64,000 nucleotides of DNA from Chiloscyllium plagiosum (taxonomy: Eukaryota): NCBI RefSeq assembly GCF_004010195.1, contig NC_057724.1, positions 40,448,165 to 40,512,164 of the forward strand. Reading direction: 5' to 3'. A model generated the notes under the pieces. The model made no database searches. It saw only the letters and a program-made list of their open reading frames with translations, and was not told the DNA's origin. Shown here piece by piece: positions 11,831 to 25,125 of the stretch. Within the stretch, counting starts at the first letter, position 1; the number at the start of each line of letters is the position of its first letter. The position numbers were made by a program, and so were the translations under genes.

Positions 11831-12941
11831 AAGATTCCCCACAGTAGCCTATTGCCCAAAATGCGGAGGCATAGGTTTGAGGGTGATTTAATGGTTTGGA
11901 TCAGAAATTGGCTTGCTGAAAGAAGTCAGAGGATGGTGGTTGATGGGAAATGTTCATCCTGGAGTTCAGTTACCAGTGGTGTACTACAAGGATCTGTTTT
12001 GGAGCCACTGCTGTTCGTCATTTTTATAAAGGAACTGGATGAGGGCATAGAAGGATCCGTTAGTAAATTTGTGGATAACACTAAGGTCGGTAGACGAAGG
12101 ATGGTGACGAAGAATGTTGTAGGTTACAGAGGGACATAAATAAGCTGCAGAGCTGGGCTGAAAGGTGGCAAATGGAGTTTAATGTGGAAAGGTGTGAGGT
12201 GATTTACTTTGGAAGGAGCAACAGGAATGCAGACTATTGGGCAAATGTTAAGATTCTTGGTAGTATAAATGAGCAGACAGACCTCAGTGTCCAGGTACAC
12301 AGATCCTTGAAAGTTGCCTTCCAGGTTGATAGGGTTGTTAAGAAGGCATACAGTGTGTTACCTTTATTGACAGAAGGATTGAGTTTCTGAACCATGAGAT
12401 CATGCTGCAATTGTATAAAACTCTGGTGCAGCCGCACTTGGAGTATTGCAAACAGTTCTGGTCAGTGCATTATAGGAAGAATGTGGAAGTTTTGGAGAGG
12501 GTTCAGAGGGTATTTACTAGGTATGGAAAGAAGGTCTTACGAAGAAGGTCTGAGGGACTTGATGCTGTTTTCTTTAGAGAGAAGAAGGTTGAGAGGTGAC
12601 TTAATTGAGACATACAAGATAATCAGAGGGTTAGACAGTGAGAGCCTTTTTCCTTGGATGGCGACGGTTAGCATGAGGGGACATAGCTTTAAATTGGGGG
12701 GTGACAGATATAGGACAGCTGTCAGAGGTAGTTTCTTTACTCAGAGAGTAGTAGGGGCGTGGAATGCACTGGCGGCAATAGTAGTAGATCTGCCAACTTT
12801 AAGGGCATTTAAATGGTCACTGGATGGGCACATGGGCGAGAATGGAATAGTGTAGGTTAGTTGGGCTTCAGATTGGTTTCACAGGTTAGCACAACATCGA
12901 GGGCCGGAGGACCTGTACTGCGCTGTAATGTTCTATGTTCT
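11831..12941 (+). mobile_element. CR1 LINE 3' kb
   Basis: [55 protein letters not shown]; tail (tgttcta)n. Confidence 0.95.
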
Positions 12942-15243
12942 AGATCCTGTAAGTGAAGACAGTTTTGGCATGTAAGCACAAAATGTGATGACTCAGGCTT
13001 GGAGGGCTGAAGGACGTTTTTTGGATACTGCATTGTTCTTTGCTGGTATTCAGCTAGTCTGACCAATTAAATTGAGCAACTCCCAATTCAACAATCTGAT
13101 GGACAATCTAATACAAAATGCACTTTAGCTTTTTTAACGAAAAACCGTAAGGTTAAAAAAAAACATTCAATTGCCACAGGTTTGTTTCTCCCATATAGCT
13201 GTAGTGATTGAATGGCATGGAAGTACCTGTACTATACATTGCCGTTGGAGTATTCGAGGCCGTGGGGTTTGTGTGGGGACATGATGTGCCATGGGAGGAT
13301 GGTAGGAGGGGCACACCTGTCATATGTAACATGAAGTGGCATGGATGGGGCATGGAAAGTGTGTGTGGGGGGGGGGGGGGGAGTGTAAGCGGTGAAGGCT
13401 ACAGGCTCGTTCTGTTTATTTTGCACAGCTGTCTCACTGCGATGAGGCAGGCCTTTTAAACAGCTCCCCTCGGCAGCTCTTCTGGCTAGAAGTGTGAAGA
13501 GGTAATGAAGATTGTACCTATAAAGCTGGTCTTAAGGCAGACGTGTGAAGCCAGAAATTTTCTCAACTCCGGTACCTGTCCTGAAAAGGAAATTCCAGCC
13601 CTAAATGAAAAATAGACCGTGACAGGTAGGTTCCAAATCCAATTAAAGTTTTATGCAGACGTTAATTCAATATATTTACTGCCTACATGACTGATAGAAA
13701 CTGCTACCTTTTGGTAATCTAACACGCTGCTATTCATCAATATTTACATGCATTTACTCTGAACTGATGGAACATTAAAATGCCGTCATAAACTCTCAAA
13801 TAGAGGTATTCTGAAGTCTTGGTCTCATTACACCAGATTTAATTCGAAGCCTATATCTTGCCATTTCCACTAGACTTCTTTCAAGTGGAAACAAGAGCAT
13901 AGAAAAGGTTGGGCAGAAAGACGCAAAAGAACGGTGCTCTAGATAATGAGCAGTTCTCGTTACCAAACACTTTTTTTTTCATTTTTGTTATCGAGAAAAT
14001 AAAAAATGTTGCTAGAAATAATTGCAAAACTGTCACGATAGTTATTTAAAAAGCACTTTCGTGTTCCCAGAGTAACGATTCCGCAATTTTCACATGCTGC
14101 ATTTCCATCTTCCTTCTTCTGAAATGGAATCGGTTCATTACGCATGGAATGAAATGAACGCAAACGATAATATTGCCTGTTAAAAATACTTGCAACGACA
14201 AAGAAAATTCTGTTGGTTTAACTGGACAAAGATTCCTTGTTGCATTTTGTAGCCCATGCTGAATATTTAATTTTCACTTAGCATCAATTTGACTCTTACA
14301 CTTAAACAGGAAGAGGTGGAAAGTTTAAGTCACAACTTTCCCAATCCTAGGAAATCATTAAAATTATTTTGGCATTTATCCCAAATCCGAATCCTTTCTC
14401 TGGGTTGATGACATTGGTATAATTGTTGCTGTTTTGACGCACGCCTTGAACCGCCCTTTGGCTGATCTGACAATGATCAGTGAAGGAATACACCAGTCCA
14501 CCGCTGCACAACAAGAATTTTATTGGTGTTTATTACATTGGACTCTATTACTGATTGATCATAGACATTTCTTTGGACTGTTTAGTGCAAAATACAAAGT
14601 GAACTTTTGTGTTCCCAAACTCCATGGTTTCTGTAGGACCCAAATAGTATGCAAAATGACCAAGATATAAGTGAAGGGAATAAATTATACCTGGTTCTCA
14701 CTTACTTTAAGCAAATTAGAAGAACTTGATAATGTAGCCAGGCTCAACAAACCTCAAGTTCACCATGTGTGGACTGCCATTTGCTTCTTTCCCCTTCCTA
14801 TGACCAGGTTTTTGGAAAGAGGTGGTATGGAATGGAACTGAGCCACGAATGAAGCGATGTGAAAGAACACAAGCCATTCAGGCACCAACTCACCTTGGAT
14901 CTGAAGGCAACAACTCCACTGCAGTTAGAGGCACAAGCAGTAAATGTCTAATTCAATTAATTTATTTCTAAGTTTCCTTTGTTTGGTTCCCTAAGTTCTT
15001 TTGTCTTCACAAATCCTGCTTCATTGAATTAAATAATAGCACCCAAGAGAACATATCACAAAACGCAAAGAGTTTTAGTACATAGGCTTTAGCTGAGGCC
15101 TTGTATTTAAAATCACTTCATGTAGAACCATTAGAAAGATGCTGTGTAGAGAGGAGGCCTTAATTTTCTTTAAACATGTGTGTTATTTTTTGTGTGCATA
15201 TTACTTCCAGCTCCTTGAGTGTTTTTTTTGGAATTCAACTTAG

Positions 15244-15622
15244 GAGTCATAAGGTCATAGAGATGTACAGCATGGAAACAGACTCTTCGGTCCAACTTGT
15301 CCATGCCGACTAGATATCCCTATCCAATCTAGTTCCACCTGCCAGCACCTGGCCTATATCCCTCCAAATCCTTCCTATTCACATAACCATCCAAATGCCT
15401 CTTAAATGTTGCAATTGTACCAGCCTCCACCACAAGCCTCCACCACATCCTCTGGCAGCTCATTCCATACACGTACCACCCTTTGCGTGAAAAAGTTGCT
15501 CCTAAGGTCTCTTTTATATCTTTCCCCTCTCACCCTAAACCTATGCCCTCTAGTTCTGTAGTTCTGGATTCCCCAACCCCAGGGAAAAGACTTTGTCTAT
15601 TTATCCTATCCATGCCCCTCAT
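15244..15622 (-). mobile_element. CR1 3' end fragment
   Basis: Near-colinear with 9071-9410; GMDRINRQSLFPGVGES. Confidence 0.9.
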
Positions 15623-17854
15623 GTGGGAGTATTCCATCACACTCCTGACTAGTATGCCGTGGATGGTGGCCATGCCTTGGGAAGTCTGGTGAATTACTTG
15701 TGGTAGAATGTCCATCCTCTGATCTCAATAACGACTGATCTTATCCATTTGCCTAAGTTAGATAGGAGACCTTCATCCCTGAATGATTTAATCACAGGTT
15801 CCAAATGTAAATAGTCCAGGATAGATACCTGAAGTGTGTCATAGATGGTTATTGGGCTCATGAATTAAAGCTTTTAACATTGTTGAGTGCTATTTTGCTG
15901 CTGTTTATTTTGAAGCTACTCAATTCCATTTCTGCTAAAAGGAAGAATTTATCACCATTGGTGTCAATTCAGATATTATTATCTGAATGCTTGGCTGCAA
16001 ATCTGTGAGCTAACTAGCCCACATTTCGCATGGTCAGCTAATTTGAATGGTTATTTGTTATATAGCTTTGGCCTTGTGCAGGGAGCAAACTTAATAGGTG
16101 ATGTGGAAACATGGCTACTGTCCAAATCAAATAGAGATGTGTATTTAATGTAAGTTTCAACATATTGTGATCAATATTTGCCAACCTTTGCTAATAATCG
16201 GGGGCTTGAAATAATGGGTATAAATAAAATGAAATCAAATGCAAAATGGAAACAAAAAAAATTCTGAAACGAAATTATACAGATATAGTATCTGATCTTC
16301 AGTTTCTATAGTATCTAACTGAGGAAATCAGCATGAATTCATTCAAACAGGGCTTCAGCACTTCAGTGCACTCTCTATAATTAGGAGCATTACATTGTTC
16401 TTGGTATCAGGTGGTGAACAGATTCAATGCCTTGTACACATTTATTACTCCCCCATGCAAACTCTCATTAATCTCTTTGTGCATGCCACACAAATGTAAT
16501 TTAATAGGGTGCTCCTTCAGCGATGTAATATATAATGCCAAGCTCCAACACATCGTCTTAAGACATAATGCCTTACATTATTGTAAAACAACATAGTTAC
16601 ATAAGGTATAGTAACCAATTGACTCTCAACAAGGTTATGAATGGTTTGTCAATGTCTATGTACTCTTCACTTCCAACTCTTCAAGTCTACGTTCATCAAG
16701 TTATGTGTAGCCTAGTGACAAACTGCTTGTATTAGTGCAGTGTAACCAAGACCTGAGAATCTTGGGGGAATGGCGCTGGGAAGGTTATTCCAACGCCAAA
16801 AATATTAAACATCAGTTTCCTTCATGCTACGCAGAATGAACTGTCACATCAACACCGCTAGTGCTAACTGTGGAGCCTTCTAGATAAAAATCCTGGTCTT
16901 AACCACTATAAGACTTTTATGGATGTAACCATATCCTGGCCTGAATGAGGTGAGGTCTGGTGAGAAATGTGACAGAACTTCATAGCAAGTCTCGTGAGGC
17001 CTCTCCAGTCTTGCAGTTAACTTGCTCTATTCTTTTTTAATCCAGGTTTCTGATGACATGGTGATATTTCTGCTAGGGAGACGAGTTGCCTGTTGAGGGG
17101 ACTTATTGCTTGTTAACAACCTGATAAACTGTACATCTGACCTCATTAATATTCCGCTTCGTATGCTACCACCTATCACAAGTGAACAAGACCATGAAAT
17201 TCTTGACATGAATGTCGACCGATAGGGGTTCATCTAATCCTCTTATTAAGAGTGTGCTCTGTATTATGCAAAACAAAAGGAGGCAATGGATATATATGTG
17301 TACATTTTGTTCATTTTTCCTTATTTCCTCATGTTTTTAGGTACATTGTGTTCTACTTTCATAAAATACCTTGCTCTTTAAAACCGTTTCAAGATGTTCC
17401 TTTGCTAACATTCTGCATTCCTGTAAGTTGACACACTGGTGGTGTCAGAATACAGCTTGCAGACCCAGTCAAGTGTTTCACAGTTCTACATCTATCACAC
17501 TGGCAAGTAGATGCAGGTACAGACACAACTGTATTACACAGAAACGTTAGTGATTGGCAGCAGGTAGAATTTCACATCACCTGTGATCATCTGAGGAGCT
17601 ACCTCAAGCTGCTGCATTCAGACTTTTAGGTTTGGTGTGGCTTGCAAATACATTTTGATGGTGCACTTTCCTAGGGCATAGAGTCATTGAGAATGTGCCA
17701 AAGAGCCAGTATACTGTGAGAAATCTATAATGTGTACCTGCAGTTTTAAAGGGCAATTTAAGATGCAGACCAGTAATGAGAATTTGGCTGAGATCCTAAG
17801 CTTAGTTTCTTAGTGAATGCTGAATGTAGCTTCTCAGGTTTGAACCTAAAGCAG

Positions 17855-18053
17855 GTGAAAGTGATGACTGCAGATGCTGGAGATTAGAGTGGTGCTGGAA
17901 AAGCACAGCAGGTCAGGCAGCAGCCGAGGAGCAGGAAAATCAACGTTTTGGGCAGGAGCTCTTCATCAGGAAAGGGCTCCTGCCCGAAATGTTGATTTTC
18001 CTGCTCCTTGAATGCTGCCTGACTTGCTGTGCTTTTCCAGCACCACTCTAATC
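17855..18053 (-). mobile_element. Palindromic Penelope-derived mini-insert (copy C)
   Basis: ~83-bp imperfect arms at 17881-17963 and 17972-18054, tail on the left, TSD ttgaacctaaagcag / ttgagtctaaagcag (17840-17854, 18054-18068); decayed hammerhead CTGATGA...AAAACGTT on the minus strand. Confidence 0.88.
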
Positions 18054-18532
18054 TTGAGTCTAAAGCAGCCTGTCATGTCCAGAATTATGTCAAAAATCAT
18101 CTTGAGACAGTGAAATGTTTGAAATCAATTTATTACTGCCTAATTTATTCTTGTCCGTTAATTTATGGGTGTTTCCAGTAGCAGATAAAAAGAAAACGAG
18201 CTGGTACAGATAATCATGACTTCTCCCTGGGAAATGACAGATATATTGAACAGGACCTGAATGGCAAGAACTGCACAAGAAGTCTAGTGAGGCCTAACAT
18301 GTTGATGCAAGTAACTTATCACATCTTTTAACCAAACTCTGGGTGCTGCGGCCAGATTTATGCTAGGGAATGGAGAGTTGCCTGTTAGGTGGATTGTTGC
18401 TTATTAACAACACATCTCACCTAATTAATAGGCAGCTTCCTATCCTACCACTTCCTGCAGGCAAATGAAATGCTAGGAATTTGAAGTGAAGTTGGAGCAG
18501 CTACCTGGTGACTTAAGTTCGCAGCTTACTAT

Positions 18533-19156
18533 TGTTATGGACCAGGCCTGACACGTCCCAGAGCATAACTTTGCTATTTGTTTTAGGTAAGTGTATAATG
18601 GATATTCCCAGCTGGTCCGACTGCCAAGTTTTAAACAAACAGAATTTATTTGCAAAATTATGGAATGAAACACAAAGAACAGAAAATAGAATACCGGATA
18701 ACTTTTCCTATATAAAAATCTGACAAGCTATCCCAACTTAATGATGCTGTTCCAAAATTACTTGCAACAGTACCAATAAACAGTCCCAATAAACACAATC
18801 CTTAGCACAAAGAGTAAAAATGATACAAACCAGGGCTTACAGGCTTGAAGTTACAGAGAGAGAGAGTGTACCCGGCTGGAGCAGCCTTTCTTCACACACA
18901 CTGCTGCTGAACTGAATCAAAAATTCTAATTTAAACTAAGGCTAGCTACACAGCTAGCTGTCCACTCTCCTTTGATTATACCTTTTTTTTAAAGACATGA
19001 AAGCCTTAGGCCGGAGGCATTATCTGTTAGGGACTCCAAACAAAAAGGGCCCTAATAAAACTTTCAAATCCAGCCTAGTTGGAGCCTGGCAAATTACCCA
19101 CTCTGTGAAAAAAACTCAGGGATATAGTAATCTTGAAGAAAGGGCGGCATTGTGAC
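18533..19156 (-). repeat. 3' LTR of Gmr1-type Gypsy element
   Basis: TG...CA termini (tgttatgg...tgtgaca), adjacent polypurine tract (cctccccctttaaaa on +), homologous to 23800-24515 and 26253-26530. Confidence 0.9.
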
Positions 19157-22100
19157 ACCTCCCCCTTTAAAAATGAACCATCAATATCCAAAGATGGCTT
19201 CACTTTTCAAAACCCCAAAAAATAGCGGCTCGTACCCAAAAACACACATATACATTCACTGACTATAAACATGCAAACATGCACAACTACATTCAGATTC
19301 AGTCTGTGGTCCTCCCCTACCGAACCCCTCTGTTTCTCATTCGAGTTTTGACAATTCAGCAAGCACGTTTTCTGGTCCTGCAACATGCACAATTTTCAAA
19401 TTGAATGGGTATAACAACAGGCTCCATCTAAACAGTCGAGCATTTTTGTCCTTAAATTTCTCCACAAACTTCAATGGGTTACGATCAGTGTATAGATTGT
19501 CTTAGATGTGTTGCCGGTAATATAAAATTGAAATGTTGTAATGCCAACACCAAATTCTTTTTCAACTGTGAAATATTTCTGCTGATGAATATTCAACTTC
19601 CTGGAGAAATATCCGATGGGTCTTTCTATCTTCTCATTGTCTTCCTGTAAGAGCACAGCACTGACACCCACATCACTCACATTGATTGCCACCTTGAAAG
19701 GCTTTGCTTAATTGGGTATGGCTAATGCCGGGGCAAGGGTTAACACAGTTTTCAGATTGTCAAATGCCTTCTGATAGTCCACTGTCCATTGAAACGTCTT
19801 TCCACTCTTTAGCAATTCGGTGAGTGAAGCAGCCACACTGCTAAAATGCAGCACAAACTTTCAAGAAAATCCACTCAATCCCAGGAACAGTAGTACTACT
19901 CTTTTTGTTGATGATATGGGAAATTCCCCAATTAATTTTGTTTTCGCATCCCATAGGCCATTTGTCCGTGTCCAATAAAATGGTCCAAGAAGGTGACTTG
20001 GGGTTTGGCAAATTCACTTTTAGCTAGGTTTACCACCAAGTCTGCCACCAATTCCCCCACTCTATTTGATTGTTTTCTAAAATTTGACACATAGTCCAAA
20101 TGCATGGTCTCTAAACTTTGACTTACTAACTTCTCCTTAATCAATTTTAATTGTTTTAACAGACTTGGTGATCGAACAAGTCTGATAAATATTGTAAATG
20201 TTCCTTCCATGAGTGACTAAAAATCACCAGATCATCGATATACGCCACAGAGTTGGGTAACCTGGCAGTGGCCTTACTGGTTAGTTTCTGAAATGTGGCC
20301 GGGGCCATGACTTTAAACCAATACAGTCCATTTGGCATTACAAAAGCCGAAATTGCCTTTGCTCTTTCTGACAAAGGTACCTGCCAGTAGCCTCTGAGCA
20401 AGTACAACTTATAAATGTAAATTGCTTGTCAGACCTTTTTCAACACAGTCTTCCAACCGCGGAATTGGATATGCATCAGTCTTTGTAACTGCATTGACTT
20501 TGCGACAGTCTACACATAACCATTGGGTACCATCTGGCTTTGGCACCATTACTATGGGTGATCTCCAGTCAATGTAGCTCACTTTGATTATGTCATCTTG
20601 GAGTATGCGTTCAACCTGTGCTAACTTCAGAGGGTTATGCCTATAAGGATGTTGCTTAATTTGAACAGTATATCCTATATCTACATCATGCACAATTAGG
20701 TTAGTACTTCCCAGTTTATTTCCACAGATCTCCCCATGTGATAGCAATAACTCTTTCAGGTCATTTGATTTTTCTCAAGAAGGTAACTCAATAATTTATT
20801 CCAATTTTTGACAAGTTCTTCATTGTCCAATTTAATTTGAGGAATGTCCAATTGAGAATCCTCTGAACTTGGTTCTTCCCTTTGTGCTGTAATCATTAAC
20901 ACCTTCTCCTTTTGCTTTCCTTCCCTGTCAAAATATCTTTTGAGCATATTCACGTGACACATTCTGTGAGATTTCTTTCTATCTGGAGTCCCTATCAAGC
21001 AGTTCACCTCACTCAATCTCCTTTCAATTCGATAAGGTCCACTAAACCTTGCTTTTAAAGGTTCACTTATCAGTGGAAGTAACACTAATACCTTATCCCT
21101 GACAGCAAAATTGCAAATTGTTAATTTATTGTCTATTTCCTGTTTCATTGCATGCTGCAATATTTTTAAGTGCTGTCGAGCCAACTCCCCCACTCTATTT
21201 GATTGTTTTCTAAAATTTGACACATAGTCCAAATGCATGGTCTCTAAATTTTGACTTACTAACTTCTCCTTGATCAATTTTAATGGTCCTCTCACTTCAT
21301 GCCCAAAAACTGATTCAAATGGACTGAATTTGGTTGATTCATTTGGTGCATCTCTGATCGCAATAAAGTACAAACTGAATTCCCTTATCCAAATCATCTG
21401 GATACTCCTGACCGTAAGGCCTCAACATGATCTTTAGTGTTTGATCTCACCTTTCTAGTGCTCACTGTGATTCTGGATGGTACGCAGTAGATTTTAATTG
21501 TTTTATTCCTAAGTTGTCCATAACTTCCTTGAATAGTTTGGATGTGAAGTTTGACACTTGATTTAACTGTATCTCTATTGGTAGTCTGTATCTAGTAAAT
21601 AATTTGAGTAATTCCTCTACAGTCCTTTTAGCTGTGATATTGTACAATGGGACAGCTTCTGGAAATCTAGTCGATACATCCATTATTGTTTGAGGTAGGG
21701 GAACCTACACAATCAATTAAGACTCTTGTAAGAGGTTCCTTAAATGCTGGAATAGGTATTTCCAAAGTTGCAGGTTTTATTACTGCCTGTGGTTTTCCAA
21801 TTACGACATGTATGACACGTCTGGCAAAATTCAACTAAATCTTTCTGCAGTCCAGGCCAGTAAAAATGTCTTTGTATTTTAGCCAGTGTTTTCCTCACTC
21901 CTAAATGACCTCCAAGTGGTAGCTCATGTGTCACTTGTAACACTTCCCTTCTATAACCCACTGGTAAGACAATTCAATGAATTTATGCCCATTTCTCATC
22001 TGCTTGAATCTGTGATGGTCTCCATTTCCTCATTTAAGACATCATTTTTCAGGTAATAACATTTAGGGTTACATTCAGATTCCTTCTCTGTAAGTACCTT

Positions 22101-23790
22101 TTGATACAACATTTAAATTTTCATCTTCCTGCTATAACTCGATGAGTTTTGCAGAGCTAAAGATATTTGCATGATTACCTATTTGCTCCTATTTTGTCTC
22201 AACTATCTGATCGAACACAGTCTCTGCTAATACCACTTCAGCTTCCTTATCCATACCCTTTGATCTCTCCTGTTTCAACTGGTGACTCTGTGACCTTGCT
22301 ACTACACAATTAGGGAAGATTCCAGGGTTCGAATCCTGCATTGCTTCAGTTGCCTGAGTCTCTACTGGCTTTTTAACCACAGTAGGCAGCACGCCTACTG
22401 GTGAATCACTATATAATTCGCAAGGACAAATTATATTCCTGGAGCTGAGAGTTTGTCCAGTCCTACAACCACAAATTCTCCACTCTTTTCTGGACACTCT
22501 AGCCTCACTTTTCATAATGGACCACTTTTTGTCTCACCATGACTTCCTGTTACCAGTACCTTTTCTGGCAATAGTCCTTCAGGAGTACATATCTCCTCAT
22601 CCTTCAGCATCACAGAATGAGAGGATCATGTGTCCCTTAATATTGTAACCTCTTTACCCGCTACCCCTGGCCTATGTGAATAAACTTTACTTTTGCAGGT
22701 ATATTTTCAAAGCAGACCCAGCACTTCCTCCTTAACCAACCTCCATTCAGCTTGTAAACTGATGTAGCTTTCCAGCATCCACTGTGCTTTCTGTTACCAT
22801 AACAACAAAACTCCCAGGCTTATCCTGTTTTCCTATATCTGGCTTTTTCCTAGCCCACCAACACTGATTTCATGTGGCGCACTTTAAAATAGTGAAAACA
22901 CCAGAGCTTTTTATGTTCTTCATCCCCTTCGAGAGTTTCCGTTTTACCCTGTGGTAAGTTATCCTTATGATTTTCACTGAGCTCTACCTTTCCACCTGAC
23001 GATTTCTCTTTTCTCCAATTTCTATCCCTCATGGATTGAAATTGATTCTAGAAGTCTAACCGTGTTTTATGGGCCAACTCATAATCATCAGCCACTTCAG
23101 CTGCTAACCTTGCTGTGTTAACTCTCTGCTCTTCCACATGAGTTCGCACTACATCAGGCAGTGAATTTTTGAACTCCTTCAAAATAATTGCCTCTCTAAG
23201 AGCATCATAAGTTTGCTGTATTTTTAAAGCTCTTATCCACTTATCAAAATTACTTTGTTTGATCCTTTCAAACTCAATATAGGATTGACCAGGATCCAAA
23301 CTTAGATTCCTGAAACGTTGTCTATAGGTTTCTGGTACAAGCTCATATGCACTTAAGATTGCTTTTTCACCTCCTTATACTCACCAGATATCTCCTGTAA
23401 TAGTGATTTGAATACCTCACTAGCTCTACCTTTTGTCTGGATCAACAAAACCCACATGGCCTCTGGTCACTGAATTTGTTTAGCCACTTTTTCAAATGAG
23501 ATGAAAAAAGGCTTCCACATCCTTCTCATCAAAACTAGGCAATGCTTGAACATACTTAAAAAGTTTTTCACCAGGTTTTTGACTATCAGGGGCTTGCTCA
23601 TCCTGACTCTCTTCCTTACTAAGTCTACCTCAGCCTTCATCTCCATTGTTTTAAGCTGACTTTCCTTTCTAAGTGTCATTTTCTGAAGTTCAAACTCTTT
23701 TTTTTCTTTCTCTTCTGCTAAAACCCTTCATTCTCTTCTGATTTTAATCCTAACTCAAACTGTTTCATTTCTGCTTCTAACTCCAGCTGC
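19157..23790 (-). mobile_element. Gmr1-like Gypsy internal region (gag-PR-INT-RT-RNaseH), decayed
   Basis: SCAN-like gag (23048-23299), integrase (GGHLGVRKT..HFYWPGL..CQTC; MDVSTRFPEAVPL; STAYHPESQ), then RT (CVDCRKVN, GYWQVPL, YIDDLV), then RNase H (SDVGVSAVL, PIGYFSRKL). Confidence 0.93.
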
Positions 23791-25125
23791 TAGGGCAAGT
23801 CCAACCGAGTACACTCTCTCTCTAACTTCAAGCCTGTAAGCCCTGGTTTGTTTCATTTTTAATCTTTGTGCTAAGGGATGTGTTTATTGGAGCTGTTGCA
23901 AATATATTTGGAACAGCATCATTAAGTTGGAATAGACTGTCAGGCTTTTGGACAGGATAAGTTATCCAGTATTCTATTTTCTGTTGTTTGTAGTTCATTC
24001 CGTAATTTTGTAAATAAATTCTATTTGTTTAAAATGTGGCAGTTGGACGGCACGGTGGCACAGTGGCTAGCACTGCTGCCTCACAGCGCCAGAGACCCGG
24101 GTTCAATTCCCGCCTCAGGCGACTGTCTGTGTGGAGTTTGCACGTTCTCCCTGTGTCTGCGTGGGTTTCCTCCGGGTGCTCCGGTTTCCTCCCACAGTCC
24201 AAAGATGTGCAGGTCAGGTGAATTGGCCGCGCTAAATTGCCTGTAGTGTTAGGTGCAGGGGTAAATGTAAGGGAATGGGTAAATGTAGGGGAATGGGTCT
24301 GGGTGGGTGCGCTTCGGCGGGTCGGTGTGGACTTGTTGGGCCGAAGGGCCTGTTTCCACACTGTAAGTAATCTAATCTAATCTAATCTAATCTAATCTGG
24401 ACCAACTATTTCACTCCGGGAATATCCACTGTACACTTAACTAAAACAAATAGCAAAGTTACATTCTGGGCTACCTGCTTGAATATGTTTTGAGGGGTTG
24501 GGCCTGGTCCATAACACATTGGGGTTGGGGAGGGGGGGAGCTCTTTGCAGCATTTAAACAGCGAATGGTAGGTATTAGTGTCTTTTATTTTGGGTGTTGA
24601 TTTGGTTGGTTTAAACAGCGCTCAGATAGCAATGGCTCTTTCAGTCACCAAGGAGGTTCTTGAGGTGGGGGTTTTACAAATGGCAAATAAGACCAAGCTG
24701 TGGGAATTAGTAGACAGAGTTGAAGTTAGTAGACTTAGGAGTTGAAGTTACCTCCTAACGTGAGGAAAGATGAGATGACTGCAGCTGTAGCTCAGCATTT
24801 AAAGTTGCTGGAAACACCATCATTTCAGTCACCAAGGAGGTGCTTGAGGTGGAATAAGTGACCTTGGGGGTTTTACAAATGGCAAATAAGACCAAGCTGT
24901 GGGAATTAGTAGACAGAGTTGAAGTTAGTAGACTTAGGAGTTGAAGTTACCTCCTAACGTGAGGAAAGATGAGATGACTGCACCTGTAGCTCAGCATTTA
25001 AAGTTGCTGGAAACACCATCAGGATCTGGAGAGATAGCTAAACTTCAATTACAAATGAAGAAGCAGAAATGAAACAGTTTGAGTTGCAATTAAAATCAGA
25101 AGAGAAAGAAAAAAGAACAAAGCAG
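23791..25125 (+). mobile_element. Inverted block: 3' part of the 5' LTR, leader and gag N-terminus of the same Gypsy
   Basis: Reverse-complement match to 18533-18875, ends ccataaca at 24515; ATG at 24632 (MALSVTKEVLEV); 25059-25103 repeats the gag sequence read on minus at ~23732-23777. Confidence 0.85.
24049..24397 (+). mobile_element. HE1-type V-SINE inserted in the LTR
   Basis: Full head, V-domain and (taatc)n tail; flanking tggac at 24044-24048 and 24398-24402. Confidence 0.93.
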
